Assembly: GCA_030390025.1 (NCBI GenBank) | Contig: CM059432.1 | Span: 104,348,001 to 104,412,000 of the forward strand | Direction of reading: 5' to 3' | DNA: 64,000 bases | DNA from: Squalus acanthias | Taxonomy: Eukaryota | Shown here: positions 1-11,779 of the stretch, piece by piece | Layout: the number at the start of each line of letters is the position of its first letter | Position numbering within the stretch: the first letter of the stretch is position 1 | Made by a program: the position numbers and the translations under genes | The notes under the pieces: generated by a model | Seen by the model: the letters and a program-made list of their open reading frames with translations, nothing else | Database searches by the model: none | What the model was told of the DNA's origin: nothing

Positions 1-1103
1 CCTTAAGCACACTACTATCCCACTTCAGCTATAAGACCAATTTATAAAAAACCCTATACCATGTTCTCATAAATAGTCTGGCAGCTAGCAATCATCAGGA
101 AGAGACAAACATCTTAAACCCAGAGATTCTATGTTAAATCAGCTTGGCCTTCCATGAAGGAGCTTGTTGGAGCCTCCCTTGTGCAGAAATCTGGGATGGC
201 TCAGTGCAATCATGGTGTGTGCTGCAGATGACACTTCTTACAGGCAGGGACCCTAGAAGCAGATGTAGCTCAAGATGAGAAGGAAGAAAGTCTTTCTCAA
301 CTAAGAATTATCTCATGAAGTCTGGTTAGCAGAATTGTAATTCTGCATACAGGTAATCAAAACAGAACTTTTTTTAGGACAAAGATTTGAATAGTATAGT
401 CCCTTTTCACATATGTCTTTTGGTGTCAAATGCTGCTGACAGTAACTCGGGGGGAAAAAAATCTGCATTTACCTTGCAAGGGGAGCTGTGATTTTTGAAG
501 TAGCTTTTGTCATAATCTCTTTTTAGTAGCAGGCAAGTCTTGGTATGATTACCCAAGGATAATTTAGTTTCACTGCATGTGGTCAGAAGGTTCTCAAATC
601 AAAAGAGATCATAGTACCTCAGCAATCCCCAAATCCCCAAATAATGCCATCAATATAACAAGCCTTGTTATCCAGATTGTTTATTTTAGTAGTGAGCATT
701 TGTCCTTTTGTAGCAGTTAGCATTTTCTGCAAAGGTACGTCGTCATACAGGGTTTGGGAAGTTTCTTATCTATTATTTTGACTTCTCCACCATCCTGCTC
801 TGGATCCAGATCTAACTTCTGCATGTTTGAGATCATGTTAAGACCAATCAGAAAAATGAAAACACAGTAGTTTGAAGTAGTCAAGTCATTAGAGCAACCA
901 AGTTCAACTATAACAAAACAAACTGGCAAGGTCAGGGTAAGTTGTAGAACATACCAAGAAAATATTTTAACTGCCCACAAAAGTCAAAAACAGTAGAATG
1001 CCACTAATCCAAAGACTCCTGAACCAGTACCAGGTTTTTAATAAAAACAGAAAATGCTGGAGATACCCAGCAGGTCAGGCAGCATCTGTGAAGAGAGAAA
1101 CAG

Positions 1104-1140
1104 AGTTAACGTTTCAGGTCGATAACCTTTCGTCAGAACT
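1104..1140 (-). ncRNA. Minimal type I hammerhead ribozyme motif (PLE family A)
   Basis: Minus strand reads AGTT-CTGACGA-A-AGGT-TATCG-ACCT-GAAA-CG-TT-AACT: stem I AGTT/AACT, CUGANGA and GAAA core boxes, stem II AGGT/ACCT, palindromic ACGT stem III. Confidence 0.85.
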
Positions 1141-1438
1141 GGAAAAAAAGCAGGAAATGGAACAGATTTTTAAGCAAGTGTCGGGGCTGGGAAAGGGGGG
1201 AAGGGATGAAAGAACAAAAGAGAAGGTCTGTGATAGGATAGAAGGCGGGAGAGGTTAAGAGACATTAAGAGATATTCAAGGCAAAAGGAGATGGTAATGG
1301 GACAGGTTAAGAAACAAAGGATGGCTCTAGATGAAGTGTAAATTGTGCTGGCAGAAATGAAAGACAGCTGCCATGTGGGAGAGAAGAGACACAAACAAAA
1401 GGTGTGGATAAAAAATATATATAGGATAGGGGCAGAGG

Positions 1439-3623
1439 TTATGATCTGAAATTGTTGAACTCTATGTTGAGTCCAGAAGGCTGTAAAGTGCCTAATCGAA
1501 AGATGAGGTGCTGTTCCTCGAGCTTACGCTGAGCTTCAGTGGAACAATGCAAGAGGCCGAGGACGGTGAGGTCTGAGTGGGAGTGGAGTGGAGTGGAGTG
1601 GAGAATTAAAGTGACAAGCGACCGGAAGCTCGGGGTCCCCCTTGCAGACTGAACGGAAGTGTTCTGCAAAGTGGTCACCCAATCTGCGTTTGGTCTCCCC
1701 AATGTAGAGGAGACCACACCGTGAGCAGCGAATACAGTATACTAAATTGCAAGAAGTACAAGTAAATCGCTGTTTCACCTGGAAGGGGTGTTTGGGGCCC
1801 TGGACAGTGGGAAGGGGGGAGGTATAAGGGCATGTGTTGCATCTCCTGCGCTTGCACGGGAAGGTGCCGGGCGAAGGGGAAGGCATGTTGGGGTTGATAG
1901 AGGAGTGGACCAGAGTGTCGTGGAGGGAGCAGTCCCTTCGGTGTGCTGAAAGGGGAGGTGAGGGGAAGATGTGTTTGGTGGTGGGATCACGCTGCAGGTG
2001 GCGGAAATGGCGGAGGATGATCCGTTGAATGTGGAGGCTGGTGGGGTGAAAGGTGAGGATAAGGGGAGCTCTATCGTGGTTCCGGGAGGGAGGGGCAGGG
2101 ATGAGGGCAGAAGTGCGGGAGATGGAACGGACACGGTCGAGGGCCGTGTCAACCACAGTAGAGGAGAATCCTCGGTTGAGGAAAAAGGAAGACATGTCGG
2201 AAGCACTGGTATGGAAGGTGGCATCGTCAGAGCAGATGCGGCGGAGATGGAAAAACTGAGAGAATGGAATAGAGTCCTTACAGGAGGCGGAGTGGGAGGA
2301 AGTGTAGTCCAGGTAGCTGTGGGAGTCAGTGGGCTTGTAGTGAATGTTTGTCAATAACCTATCCCCAGAGATGGAGACGGAGAAGTCGAGGAAGGGAAGA
2401 GTCAGAGATGGACCATGTGAAGGTGAGGGAAGGGTGGAAATTGGAAGCAAAGTGAATGAAATTATCTAGTTCAGGGCGAGAGCAGGAAACGGCACTGATA
2501 CAGTCATCGATGTACCGGAAAAAGAGGTGAGGGAGGGGACCTGAGTAGGACTGGAACAAAGGGTGTTCCACATATCCCACAAAAAAGCAGGCATAGCTAG
2601 GACCCATGCGGGTTCCCATAGCAACACCTTTGATTTGGAGGAAGTGAGTGGAGTCAAAGGCGAAGTTGTTCAATGTGAGAACAAGTTCAGCCAGGCGGAG
2701 GAGGGTGGTGGTGGATGGGGACTGGTTGGGCCTCTGTTCAAGGAAGAAGCGGAGCGCCCTCAGGCCATCCTGGTGGGGGATGGAGGTGTAGAGGGATTGT
2801 ACGTCCAGTGAAAAGGAGGCGGTTGGGGCCAGGAAACTGTTAAAGTGGCGGAAGGCGTCGGAAGAGTCGCGGATGTAGGTGGGAAGAGACTGGACAAGGG
2901 GAGAAAAAAATAGTCGAGATAGGACGAGATAAGTTCCGTGGGGCAAGAACAGGCTGAAACGATGGGTCTACCAGGGCAGTCCTGTTTGTGGATCTTGGGA
3001 AGGAGGTAGAAGCGGGCTGTGCAGGGTTGGGGAACTATGAGGTTGGCGGCTGTGGGGGGAAGATCGCCAGAGGAGATGAGGTCAGTGACAGTCTTGGAAA
3101 TGGTGGCTTGATGTTCGGTAGTGGGGTCATGGTCCAGGTGGAGGTAGGAGGAGGTGTCGGAGAGTTGGCGTTCAGCTTCCGCTAGGTAGAGGTCGGTTCG
3201 CCAAACAACAACAGCACCACCCTTGTCAGCAGGTTTAATGACAATGTTGGGGTTGGATCTGAGAGAATGGAGTGCTGCAAGTTCAGAGGGAGGTAGGTTG
3301 GAGTGAATGAGGGGAGCAGAGAAATGAAGACTGCCGATGTCACGCCGGCAGTTTGCAATGGAAAGATCTAGAGAGGTTAAGAGGCCAGAGGGAGGAGTCC
3401 AGGTAGAACGAGAATTCTGAAAGTGGGAGAAAGGGTCGGCCGTGCGGGGGGGGAAGACTCCTGGCCAAAGAAGTGGGCACGGAGACGAAGGTGGCGGAAA
3501 AAGAGCTCAGCATCGTGCCGAGCTTGAAATTCATTGAGGTGGGGGCGTAAGGGGATGAAGCTCAGGCCTTTGCTAAGGATTGATCGTTCGGGGTCAGAGA
3601 GGGGAAGGTCAGAGGGGATAGTG
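1439..3623 (-). pseudogene. Frameshifted PLE RT + GIY-YIG endonuclease ORF
   Basis: ORF pieces 2359..2946 (RT core), 1536..2450 (thumb, Cys motif CKRRRCNTC, GIY-YIG) and 1439..1717 (C-terminus EEQHLIFRLGTLQPSGLNIEF) lie in different frames. Confidence 0.9.
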
Positions 3624-3781
3624 ACAGCCCGCTTCTACCTCCTTCCCAAGATCCACAAACAGGACTGCCCTGGTAGACCCATCGTTTCAGCCTGTTCTTG
3701 CCCCACGGAACTTAACTCTTCCTATCTCGACTTTTTTTTCTCCCCTTGTCCAGTCTCTTCCCACCTACATCCGCGACTCTT
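3624..3781 (+). mobile_element. PLE family A right arm, 5' piece (before the CR1 insertion)
   Basis: Reverse complement of ~2862-3020; encodes [28 protein letters not shown]. Confidence 0.92.
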
Positions 3782-3899
3782 AATAAGAACATAAGAAGTA
3801 GGAGCAGGAGTAGGCCATATGGCCCCTCGGGCCTGCTCCGCCATTCAATAGGATCATGGCTGATCCGAACCTAGACTCACGTCCACTTCCCTGCCCGCT

Positions 3900-6772
3900 C
3901 CCCATAACCCTTAATTCCCTTATCAGCTAGGAAACTGTCTATCTCCGTTTTAAATTTATTTAATGTCGCAGCTTCCACAGCTCTCTGAGGTAGCAAATTC
4001 CATAGATTTACTACCCTCTGAGTGAAGAAGTTTCTCCTCATCTCAGTTTTGAAACGGCAGCCCTTATTCTAAGATTATGCCCCCTAGTTCTAGTCTCACC
4101 CATCAGTGGAAACATCCTCCCCGCCTCCACCCGATCAAGCCCCCTCACAATCTTATATGTTTCGATAAGATCACCTCTCATTCTTCTGAATTCCAATGAG
4201 TAGAGGCCCAACTTACTCAACCTTTCCTCATAAGTCAACCCCCTCATCTCCGGAATCAACCGAGTGAACCTTCTCTGAACTGCCTCGAGAGCAAGTATAT
4301 CTTTTCTTAAATATGGAAACCAAAACTGTACGCAGTACTCCAGGTGTGGCCTCACCAGTACCTTGTATAACTGAAGCAAGACTTCCCTGCTTTTATACTC
4401 CATCTCTCTTGCAATAAAAGCCAAGATTCCATTGGCCTTCCTGATCACCTGCTGTACCTGCATACTAACCTTCTGTGTTTCATGCACCAGGACCCCCAGA
4501 TCCCTTTGTACTGTAGCACTTTGCAGTTTCTTTCCATTTAGATAATAACTTGCTCTTTGATTTTTTTCTGCCAAAGTGCATAACCTCACACTTTCCGACA
4601 TTATATTCCATCTGCCAAATTTCCGCCCACTCACTTAGCCTGTCTATGTCCTTTTGCAGGTTTTTTTATGTCCACTGCTTTCCCTCCCATCTTTGTATCG
4701 TCTGCAAACTTGGATACGTTGCACTTGGTCCCCTCCTCCAAATCGTTAATATAGATTGTAAAGAGTTGGGGTCCCAACACTGACCCCTGCGGAACACCAC
4801 TAGTTACTGATTGCCAACCCGAGAATGAACCATTTATCCCAACTCTCTGTTTTCTGTTAGATAGCCAATCTTCCACCCATGCCAGTATATTACCCCCAAT
4901 CCCGTGATTTTTTATCTTGTGCAGTAATCTTTTGTGTGGCACCTTATCAAATGCCTTTTGGAAGTCCAAATACACCACATCCACTGGTTCCCCTTTATCC
5001 ACCCTGTTTGTTATGTCCTCAAAGAATTCGAGCAAATTTGTCAAGCATGATTTCCCCTTCATAAAACCATGCTGACTCTGTCCGATTAAATTATGCTTAT
5101 CCAAATGTCCTGTTACTGCTTCCTTAATAATGGACTCCAACATTTTACCAACCACAGATGTTAGGCTAACTGGTCTATAGTTTCCAGCCTTTTGTCTACC
5201 TCCCTTTTTTAAATAAGGGCGTTACATTAGCAGTTTTCCAATCTGCTGGGACCTTTCCCGAATCCAGGGAGTTTTGGAAAATTACCACCAATGCATCCGC
5301 AATCCCTACCGCTGCTTCTCTCAAGACCCTAGGATGTAAGCCATCAGGTCCAGGGGATTTATCCGCCTTAAGTCCCATTATCTTACCGAGTACCATCTCC
5401 TTAGTGATTTTAATCGTGTTTAGCTCCTCCACCCCCCCCCCCCCCCCCCTATAGCCCCCCGTTTGTCCAGTGTTGGGATATTTTTAGTATCCTCTACTGT
5501 AAAGACTGATACAAAATATTTGTTCAGCGTATTTGCCATCTCCGTGTTCCCCACTACTAATTTCCCGGTCTCGTCCTCTAAGGGACCAACATTCACTTTA
5601 GCCACCCTTTTTCTTTTTATATAACTGTAGAAACTCTTACTATCTGTTTTTATATTTTTTGCTAGTTTACTTTCATAATCTATCTTCCCCTTCTTAATTA
5701 ATCTTTTATTTTTTGCTGGCTTTTAAATGCTTCCCAATCTTCTATCCTCCCACTAGATTTGGCTACTTTATATGCCCTTGTTTTCAGTCGGATACTATCC
5801 TTTATTACTTTACTTAGCCACGGATGGCTGTCTTTTCTTTTACGCCCCTTTTTCCTCAGTGGAATATATTTTTCTTAAGTTGTGAAATACCTCCTTGAAT
5901 GTACACCACTGCTCCTGTACCGTCTTACACCTTAATCTATTTTCCCAGTCCACTTTAGTCAACTCTGCTCTCATACCTTCATAGTCTCCTTTATTTAAGC
6001 TTAGTACGCTGGTTTGAGATCCAACTCTCTCACCCTCCAACTGAATTTGGAATTCAACCATGTTATGGTCACTCATTCCAAGGGGATCCTTTACTAGGAC
6101 ATTTTTTATTAATCCTGTCTCATTACACAGGACCAGATCTAAGATTGCCTGCCCCCTGGTTGGTTCAGTAACATACTGCTCAAGGAACCCATCCCTAATG
6201 CACTCTATGAACTCTTCCTCAAGGCTGCCCTGCCCAATTTGATTTGTCCAGTCAATATGAAAGTTAAAATCTCCCATGATTATAGCTGTTCCCTTATTAC
6301 AAGCCCCAACTATTTCCTGATTTATACTCCGACCAATAGAGTTACAACTGTTAGGAGGCCTATAGACTATGCCCACTAGTGACTTTTTCCCCTTATTATT
6401 CCTTATCTCCACCCAAACTGTTTCACTATCCTGATCCTTTGACCCAATATCATTTCTCACTATTGCAGTGATTCCATCCTTTATTAACATAGCCACCCCA
6501 CCTCCCTTTCCTTCCTGTCTGTCCTTCCTAATAGTCAAATACCCCTGGATGTTTAGTTCCCAGTCATGGTCACCTCGCAGCCATGTTTCTGTAATGGCTA
6601 CCAGATCATACCCATGTGTAGTTATTTGTACCGTCAACTCGTCTATTTTGTTACGAATGCTGCGTGCATTCAGATAAAGAACTTTTAAACATGTTTTGTG
6701 ACAATTTATTCCTGCTTTTACCCCCTTTACTACTTTACCTTTATCTTTATATATTCTGTCCCTTCCTGACAC
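3900..6772 (-). pseudogene. CR1 ORF2 (APE endonuclease + RT), frameshifted
   Basis: YLNARSIRNK, AITETWL, GDFN, SDHN (5840..6772); [41 protein letters not shown] (4631..5155); RPHLEYCVQFW (4038..4634). Confidence 0.92.
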
Positions 6773-6869
6773 GCTCTGGTTTTTAATTTCCCCACTGCTA
6801 ATTTGCTCTATTGCCTTCTCTGCTGACGTTTTTATTCTTCGCTCTCTTGAAACCTCCCCCCCACTAATT

Positions 6870-7812
6870 AGTTTAAAGCCCTCTCTACAGCCCTAGTTAT
6901 TCGATTCGCCAGGATTCTAGTCCCAGCACTGGCCAAGTGAAGTCCGTCCCAACGGAACAGCTCTCTCCCATCCCAGTACTGGTGTCAGTGTCCCAAGAAG
7001 CAAAACCCATTTCTCCCACACCAGTCTTTGAGCCACGCATTTAACTCTCTGATTTTATTTACCCTAGCCAAATTTGCTCGTGGCTCAGGTAGTAATCCAG
7101 AGATTATTACCCTTGTGGTTCTGCTTTTTAATTTGGCCCCTAGCTGCTCATACTCCCTCAGCAGAACCTCTTTCCTTGTCCTATCTATGTCGTTGGTACC
7201 AACATGGACCACGACAACTGGATCCTCCCCCCACCCACTCCAAGTTTCTCTCCAGCCCAGAGGAGATGTCCTTAACCCTGGCACCGGGCAGGCAACACAA
7301 CCTTTGGGACTCTCGCTCTCGGCTGCAAAGAACCCTATCTATCCCCCTTATGATACTATCCCCTACCACTACAACATTTCTTTTTACTCCCCCCACTTGA
7401 ATGGCCCCCCGTTCCACAGTGCTGTGGCCAGGTTGCTCATCCTCCCTGCAGTCCCTGCTCCCGTCCTCACAGGGAGTAAGAGCCTCGAACCTGTTGGACA
7501 AGAGCAAGGGCTGCGGCTCCTCCAACACTACCTCCTGGATCCCCGTACCTGCCTCACTAAAAGTCACACCCTCCTGTCCCTGACCACGGACTACATCTGA
7601 ATTAGTTAATCTAATTGGTGTGACTACTTCTTGGAACACAGAGTCCAGGTAACTCTCCCCCCTCCCTGATGTGTCGCAGTGTTTGAAGCTTGGACACAGA
7701 GCCGGAGTTCCTCGAGCAGCCAACACTTACTGCAAATGTGATCACCGTGAGCGTCAATGGTGTCCACCAGCTCCCACATATTGCAGCAGTAACACATCAC
7801 CTGCTCTCCCAT
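6870..7812 (-). pseudogene. CR1 ORF1 (zinc finger + SGNH esterase), frameshifted
   Basis: MGEQVMCYCCNMWE..HICSKC (7624..7812), VVVVGDSIIRGID (7181..7726) and VVVHVGTNDI (6985..7284). Confidence 0.88.
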
Positions 7813-8208
7813 TCTATGTAATTAATTAAATTTATTATTTTTTAAATACCCTCTGCCCCGCCTGATGAATATCAAACCTTAGAAACTATAAACCACAGAG
7901 TTTAAGTTTAAAAAGAGAGAAATACTCACCAACCAATTACTTACCTGCTTTCTGGTGACATCACACCTCGATTATTTTTTACCTCTCTTCCCTCCCTCCG
8001 AGTTAGGAGACTGGTCCTGCCTTACCTGGTCTCTGGAGCCTTTTAAACCCTCTGCTGCCGCCTCGCCTCACGCAGGTCCGCCGCCGCACCAGGAAGCTGA
8101 CAAAGATGGAAAAAGGAAGGAACACCTCCCTCCCCGCACTCCCTCACTCACCAAACTCGCAGCTTAACACTCTGTTCCAATCTGCACTCCGTGACAAACT
8201 GCACTCTT

Positions 8209-10031
8209 CCGACGCCTTCCGACACTTTAACAGTTTCCAGTTTCCCGGCCCCAACCGCCTCCTTTTCACTGGACGTACAATCCCTCTACACCTCCATCCC
8301 CCACCAGGATGGCCTGAGGGCGCTCCACTTCTTCCTTGAACAGAGGCCCAACCAGTCCCCATCCACCACCACCCTCCTCCGCTTGGCTGAACTTGTTCTC
8401 ACATTGAACAACTTCTCCTTTGACTCCACTCACATCCTCCAAATCAAAGGTGTTGCTATGGGAACCCGCATGGGTCCTAGCTATGCCTGCCTTTTCGTGG
8501 GATATGTGGAACTTTCTTTGTTCCAGTCCTACTCAGGTCCCCTCCCTCACCTCTTTTTCCGGTACATTGATGACTATCAGTGCCGTTTCCTGCTCTCACC
8601 CTGAACTAGATAATTTCATTCACTTTGCTTCCAATTTCCACCCTTCCCTCACCTTCACATGGTCCATCTCCGACTCTTCCCTTCCTTGACTTCTCCGTCT
8701 CCATCTCTGGGGATAGGTTATTGACAAACATTCACTACAAGCCCACTGATTCCCACAGCTACCTGGACTACACTTCCTCCCACTCCGCCTCCTGTAAGGA
8801 CTCTATTCCATTCTCCCAGTTTCTCCGTCTCCGCCGCTCCTGCTCTGACGATGCCACCTTCCATACCAGTGCTTCCGACATGTCTTCCTTTTTCCTCAAC
8901 CGAGGATTTTCCTCTACTGTGGTTGACACGGCCCTCGACCGTGTCCGTTCTATCTCCCGCACTTCTGCCCTCACCCCTCCCTTCCGGAACCACGATAGAG
9001 TTCCCCTTGTCCTCACCTTTCACCCCACCAGCCTCCACATTCAACGGATCATCCTCCGCCATTTCCGCCACCTGCAGCGTGATCCCACCACCAAACATAT
9101 CTTCCCCTCACCTCCCCTTTCAGCATGCCGAAGGGACTGCTCCCTCCACGACACCCTGGTCCACTCCTCTATCAACCCCAACACCCCTTCCCCTTCGCCC
9201 GGCACCTTCCCGTGCAAGCGCAGGAGATGCAACACATGCCCTTTTACCCCCCCCCTTCCCACTGTCCAGGGCCCCAAATGCCCCTTCCAGGTGAAACAGC
9301 AATTTACTTGTACTTCTTGCAATTTAGTATACTGTATTCGCTGCTAACGGTGTGGTCTCCTCTACATTGGGGAGACCAAACGCCGATTGGGTGACCGCTT
9401 TGCGGAACACTTCCGTTCAGTCCGCAAGGGGGACCCCGAGCTTCCGGTCGCTTGTCACTTTAATTCTCCGCTCCACTCCCACTCAGACCTCACCGTCCTT
9501 GGCCTCTTGCATTGTTCCACGTAAGCACCTCATCTTTCGATTAGGCACTTTACAGCCTTCTGGACTCAACATAGAGTTCAACAATTTCAGATCATAACCT
9601 CAGCCCCTAACCTATATATATTTTTTATCCACACCTTTTGTTTGTGTCTCTTCTCTCCCACATGGCAGCTGTCTTTTATTCTGCCAGCGCAATTTACACT
9701 TCATCTAGAGCCATCCTTTGTTTCTTAACCTGTCCCATTACCATCTCCTTTTGCCTTGAATATCTCTTAATGTCTCCTAACCTCTCCCGCCTTCTAGCCT
9801 ATCACAGACCTTACCTTTTGTTCTTTCATCCCCTCCCCCCTTTCCCAGCCCCTACACTTGATTAAAAATCTGTTCCATTTCCTGCTTTTTTTCCAGTTCT
9901 GACGAAAGGTTATCTACCTGAAACGTTAACTCTGTTTCTCTCTTCACAGATGCTGCCTGACCTGCTGAGTATCTCCAGCATTTTCTGTTTTTATTTCAGA
10001 TTTCCAGCATCTGCAATATTTTCTTTTGTAT
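8209..10031 (+). mobile_element. PLE family A right arm, 3' piece with 3' tail
   Basis: Reverse complement of ~1043-2862 (ORFs 8191..8604, 8625..9347, 9352..9597), plus a ~37-nt tail not present on the left arm. Right TSD ccaggtttttaat at 10032-10044. Confidence 0.95.
9895..9931 (+). ncRNA. Minimal hammerhead ribozyme motif (PLE family A)
   Basis: AGTT-CTGACGA-A-AGGT-TATCT-ACCT-GAAA-CG-TT-AACT. Confidence 0.85.
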
Positions 10032-10221
10032 CCAGGTTTTTAATGTACATTTTAGTATTGGGAACAGTATTTAGCTGTAAATAGTATGCCAACTCTGACT
10101 CGGGAATAGAAGTCAGCAAGACAGTAGTGTGCCACATATATCATCCAAATAAGATTTTTTTAGTCAGAAGATCCAATATGGCAGGTCTCAATGAGGTGCT
10201 TTCAGAACTGTAGCTGTCCTT

Positions 10222-11381
10222 CTGGGTGGGTCGGCACTTGCCTGGTTCCATTCTTATCTATCTAATCATAGTCAGAGAATCACCTGCAATGGCTTCTCTT
10301 CTCACTCCTGCATCGTTACCCCTGGTGTCCACCAAGGATCTATCCTTGGTCCCCTCCTACTTCTCATCTACATGCTGCCCCTTGGCGACATCATCCAAAA
10401 ACACAGTGTCACTTTCCACATATACGCTGACGACACCCAGCTCTACCTCACCACCACTTCTCTCGACCCCTCCATGGCCTCTAAATTGTCAGACTGCTTG
10501 TCTGTCATCCAGTTCTGGATGAACAAAAATTTTCTCCAATTAAATATTGTGTAGACCAAAGCAATTGTTTTCAATCCCCGCCACAAACTCCGTTCCCTAG
10601 CCACTGACTCCATCCTTCTCCCTAACATCTATCTGAGGCTGAACCACACTGTTCGCAACCTTGGTGTCATATTTGACCCTGAAATGAGCTTCCGACCACA
10701 CATCCGCAGCATAACTAAGACCACCTAGTTCCACTTCCGTGTCTCCGCCCTTGTCTCAGCTCATCTGCTGCTGAAACCCTCATCCATTCCTTTTTTACCT
10801 CTAGACTTGACGATTCCAACGCACTCCCGGCTGGCCTCCCACGTTCTACCCTACATAAACTTGAGGTCATCCAAAACTCAGCAGCCCATGTCCTAACTCG
10901 CACCAAGTTCCATTCACCCATCACCCCTGTGCTTGCTGACCTACATTGGCTCCCAGTTAAGCAATGCCTCGATTTCAGAATTCTCATCCTTGTTTTCACA
11001 TCCCTCCATGGCCTAGCCCCTCCCTATCTCTGCAACCTCCTTCAGTCCTACAACCCCCCAAGGTATCTGCGCTTGTCTAATTCTGCTCTCTCTCGAGCAT
11101 CCCCGATTTTAATCGCTCCACCATTGGTGGCCATGCCTTCTGTTGCCGAGGCCCTAAGCTCTGGATTTCCCTCCCTAAACCTCCCTGCCTCTCTACCTCT
11201 CTTTCCTCCTTTAAGACGCTCCTTAAAACCTACCTCTTTGACTAAGCTTTTGGTCACCTGCCCTAATTTCTCCTTGTATGGCTTGGTGTCAAAATCTTTG
11301 CCTTGTAATACTCCTGTGAAGCTCCTTGGGACGTTTTGCTACGTTAAAGGTGCTATATAGATAGTAGTAGTAGTAGTAGTA
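10222..11381 (+). mobile_element. L2-clade LINE, 5'-truncated and degenerate
   Basis: HIYADDTQLY (10372..10554), LHWLPVKQ..F.IL.L.F..LHGLAPPYL (10929..11360); 3' end followed by a (TAG)n tail. Confidence 0.88.
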
Positions 11382-11439
11382 ATGTATATTTAATCTCCGA
11401 TGGTGCATTTCCTCATCTGTTCAGATCTGTTGGGTTCAA

Positions 11440-11760
11440 ATCCTCAAGTTATACTGTAAGCTGTATAATCATTGGACAGGCCACTTTGAGAATAATGTGT
11501 ATATTTCTGGTCGTTACAAAGGAAACTATCCACGCACTGGAGGCAGTGCAAAGAGCAAGGAGACCGATTTTGCAGAGATCTACTATGAGGAACAACTTGA
11601 TGAGCACTCTTCAGACTCCGATGTCTCGGAGCGTATCATATTGCGCTATGTAAAATACTTACCAGGACAGAGAAAGTAAACCCAGAACAATACTTACAGA
11701 TGCACCAAGCAGCAGGACAAAAGGGGACAGATTCAGGATTTGAGCATGCAATCTACACTG
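11440..11760 (+). mobile_element. Highly degenerate CR1 ORF2 3' remnant
   Basis: Remnants of LY..LVRPHLEY.V.FWS, ALEAVQRR and YEERL across frames. Confidence 0.5.
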
Positions 11761-11779
11761 ACACGTGCAGTCCAATAAC

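Larger units (their letters stand above)
1043..3623 (-). mobile_element. Penelope-like retroelement (family A), left arm of a head-to-head palindrome
   Basis: Minus-strand translation gives the PLE N-terminal motif [26 protein letters not shown] motifs (DVQSLYTSIPH, KGVAMGTRMGPSYA, FRYIDD) and a GIY-YIG domain (LVYCIRCSRCGLLYIGETKRRL..HF), then a 3' UTR with a hammerhead. Left TSD ccaggtttttaat at 1030-1042. Confidence 0.95.
3782..8202 (-). mobile_element. Near full-length CR1 LINE (~4.4 kb) inserted into the PLE right arm
   Basis: 6-bp TSD ACTCTT at 3776-3781 and 8203-8208; the uninterrupted left arm has a single ACTCTT at this position. 5' UTR, ORF1, ORF2 and a (TTCTTATG)-type 3' tail are all present. 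Confidence 0.95.

Noticed and set aside
714..937. Segment bounded by an acceptor-like tttgtccttttgtAG and a donor-like GGTAAGT
   Set aside because: All three + frames contain stops. It could be a non-coding exon, but nothing in the sequence supports that.
1043..10031. Reading the block as a DNA transposon with 2-kb TIRs carrying CR1 cargo
   Set aside because: The arms are PLE coding sequence, there is no transposase, and the CR1 has its own TSD inside one arm, so it inserted later.
11497..11679. 60-aa ORF with an acidic stretch
   Set aside because: Lies within decayed CR1 3' sequence; off-frame artefact.
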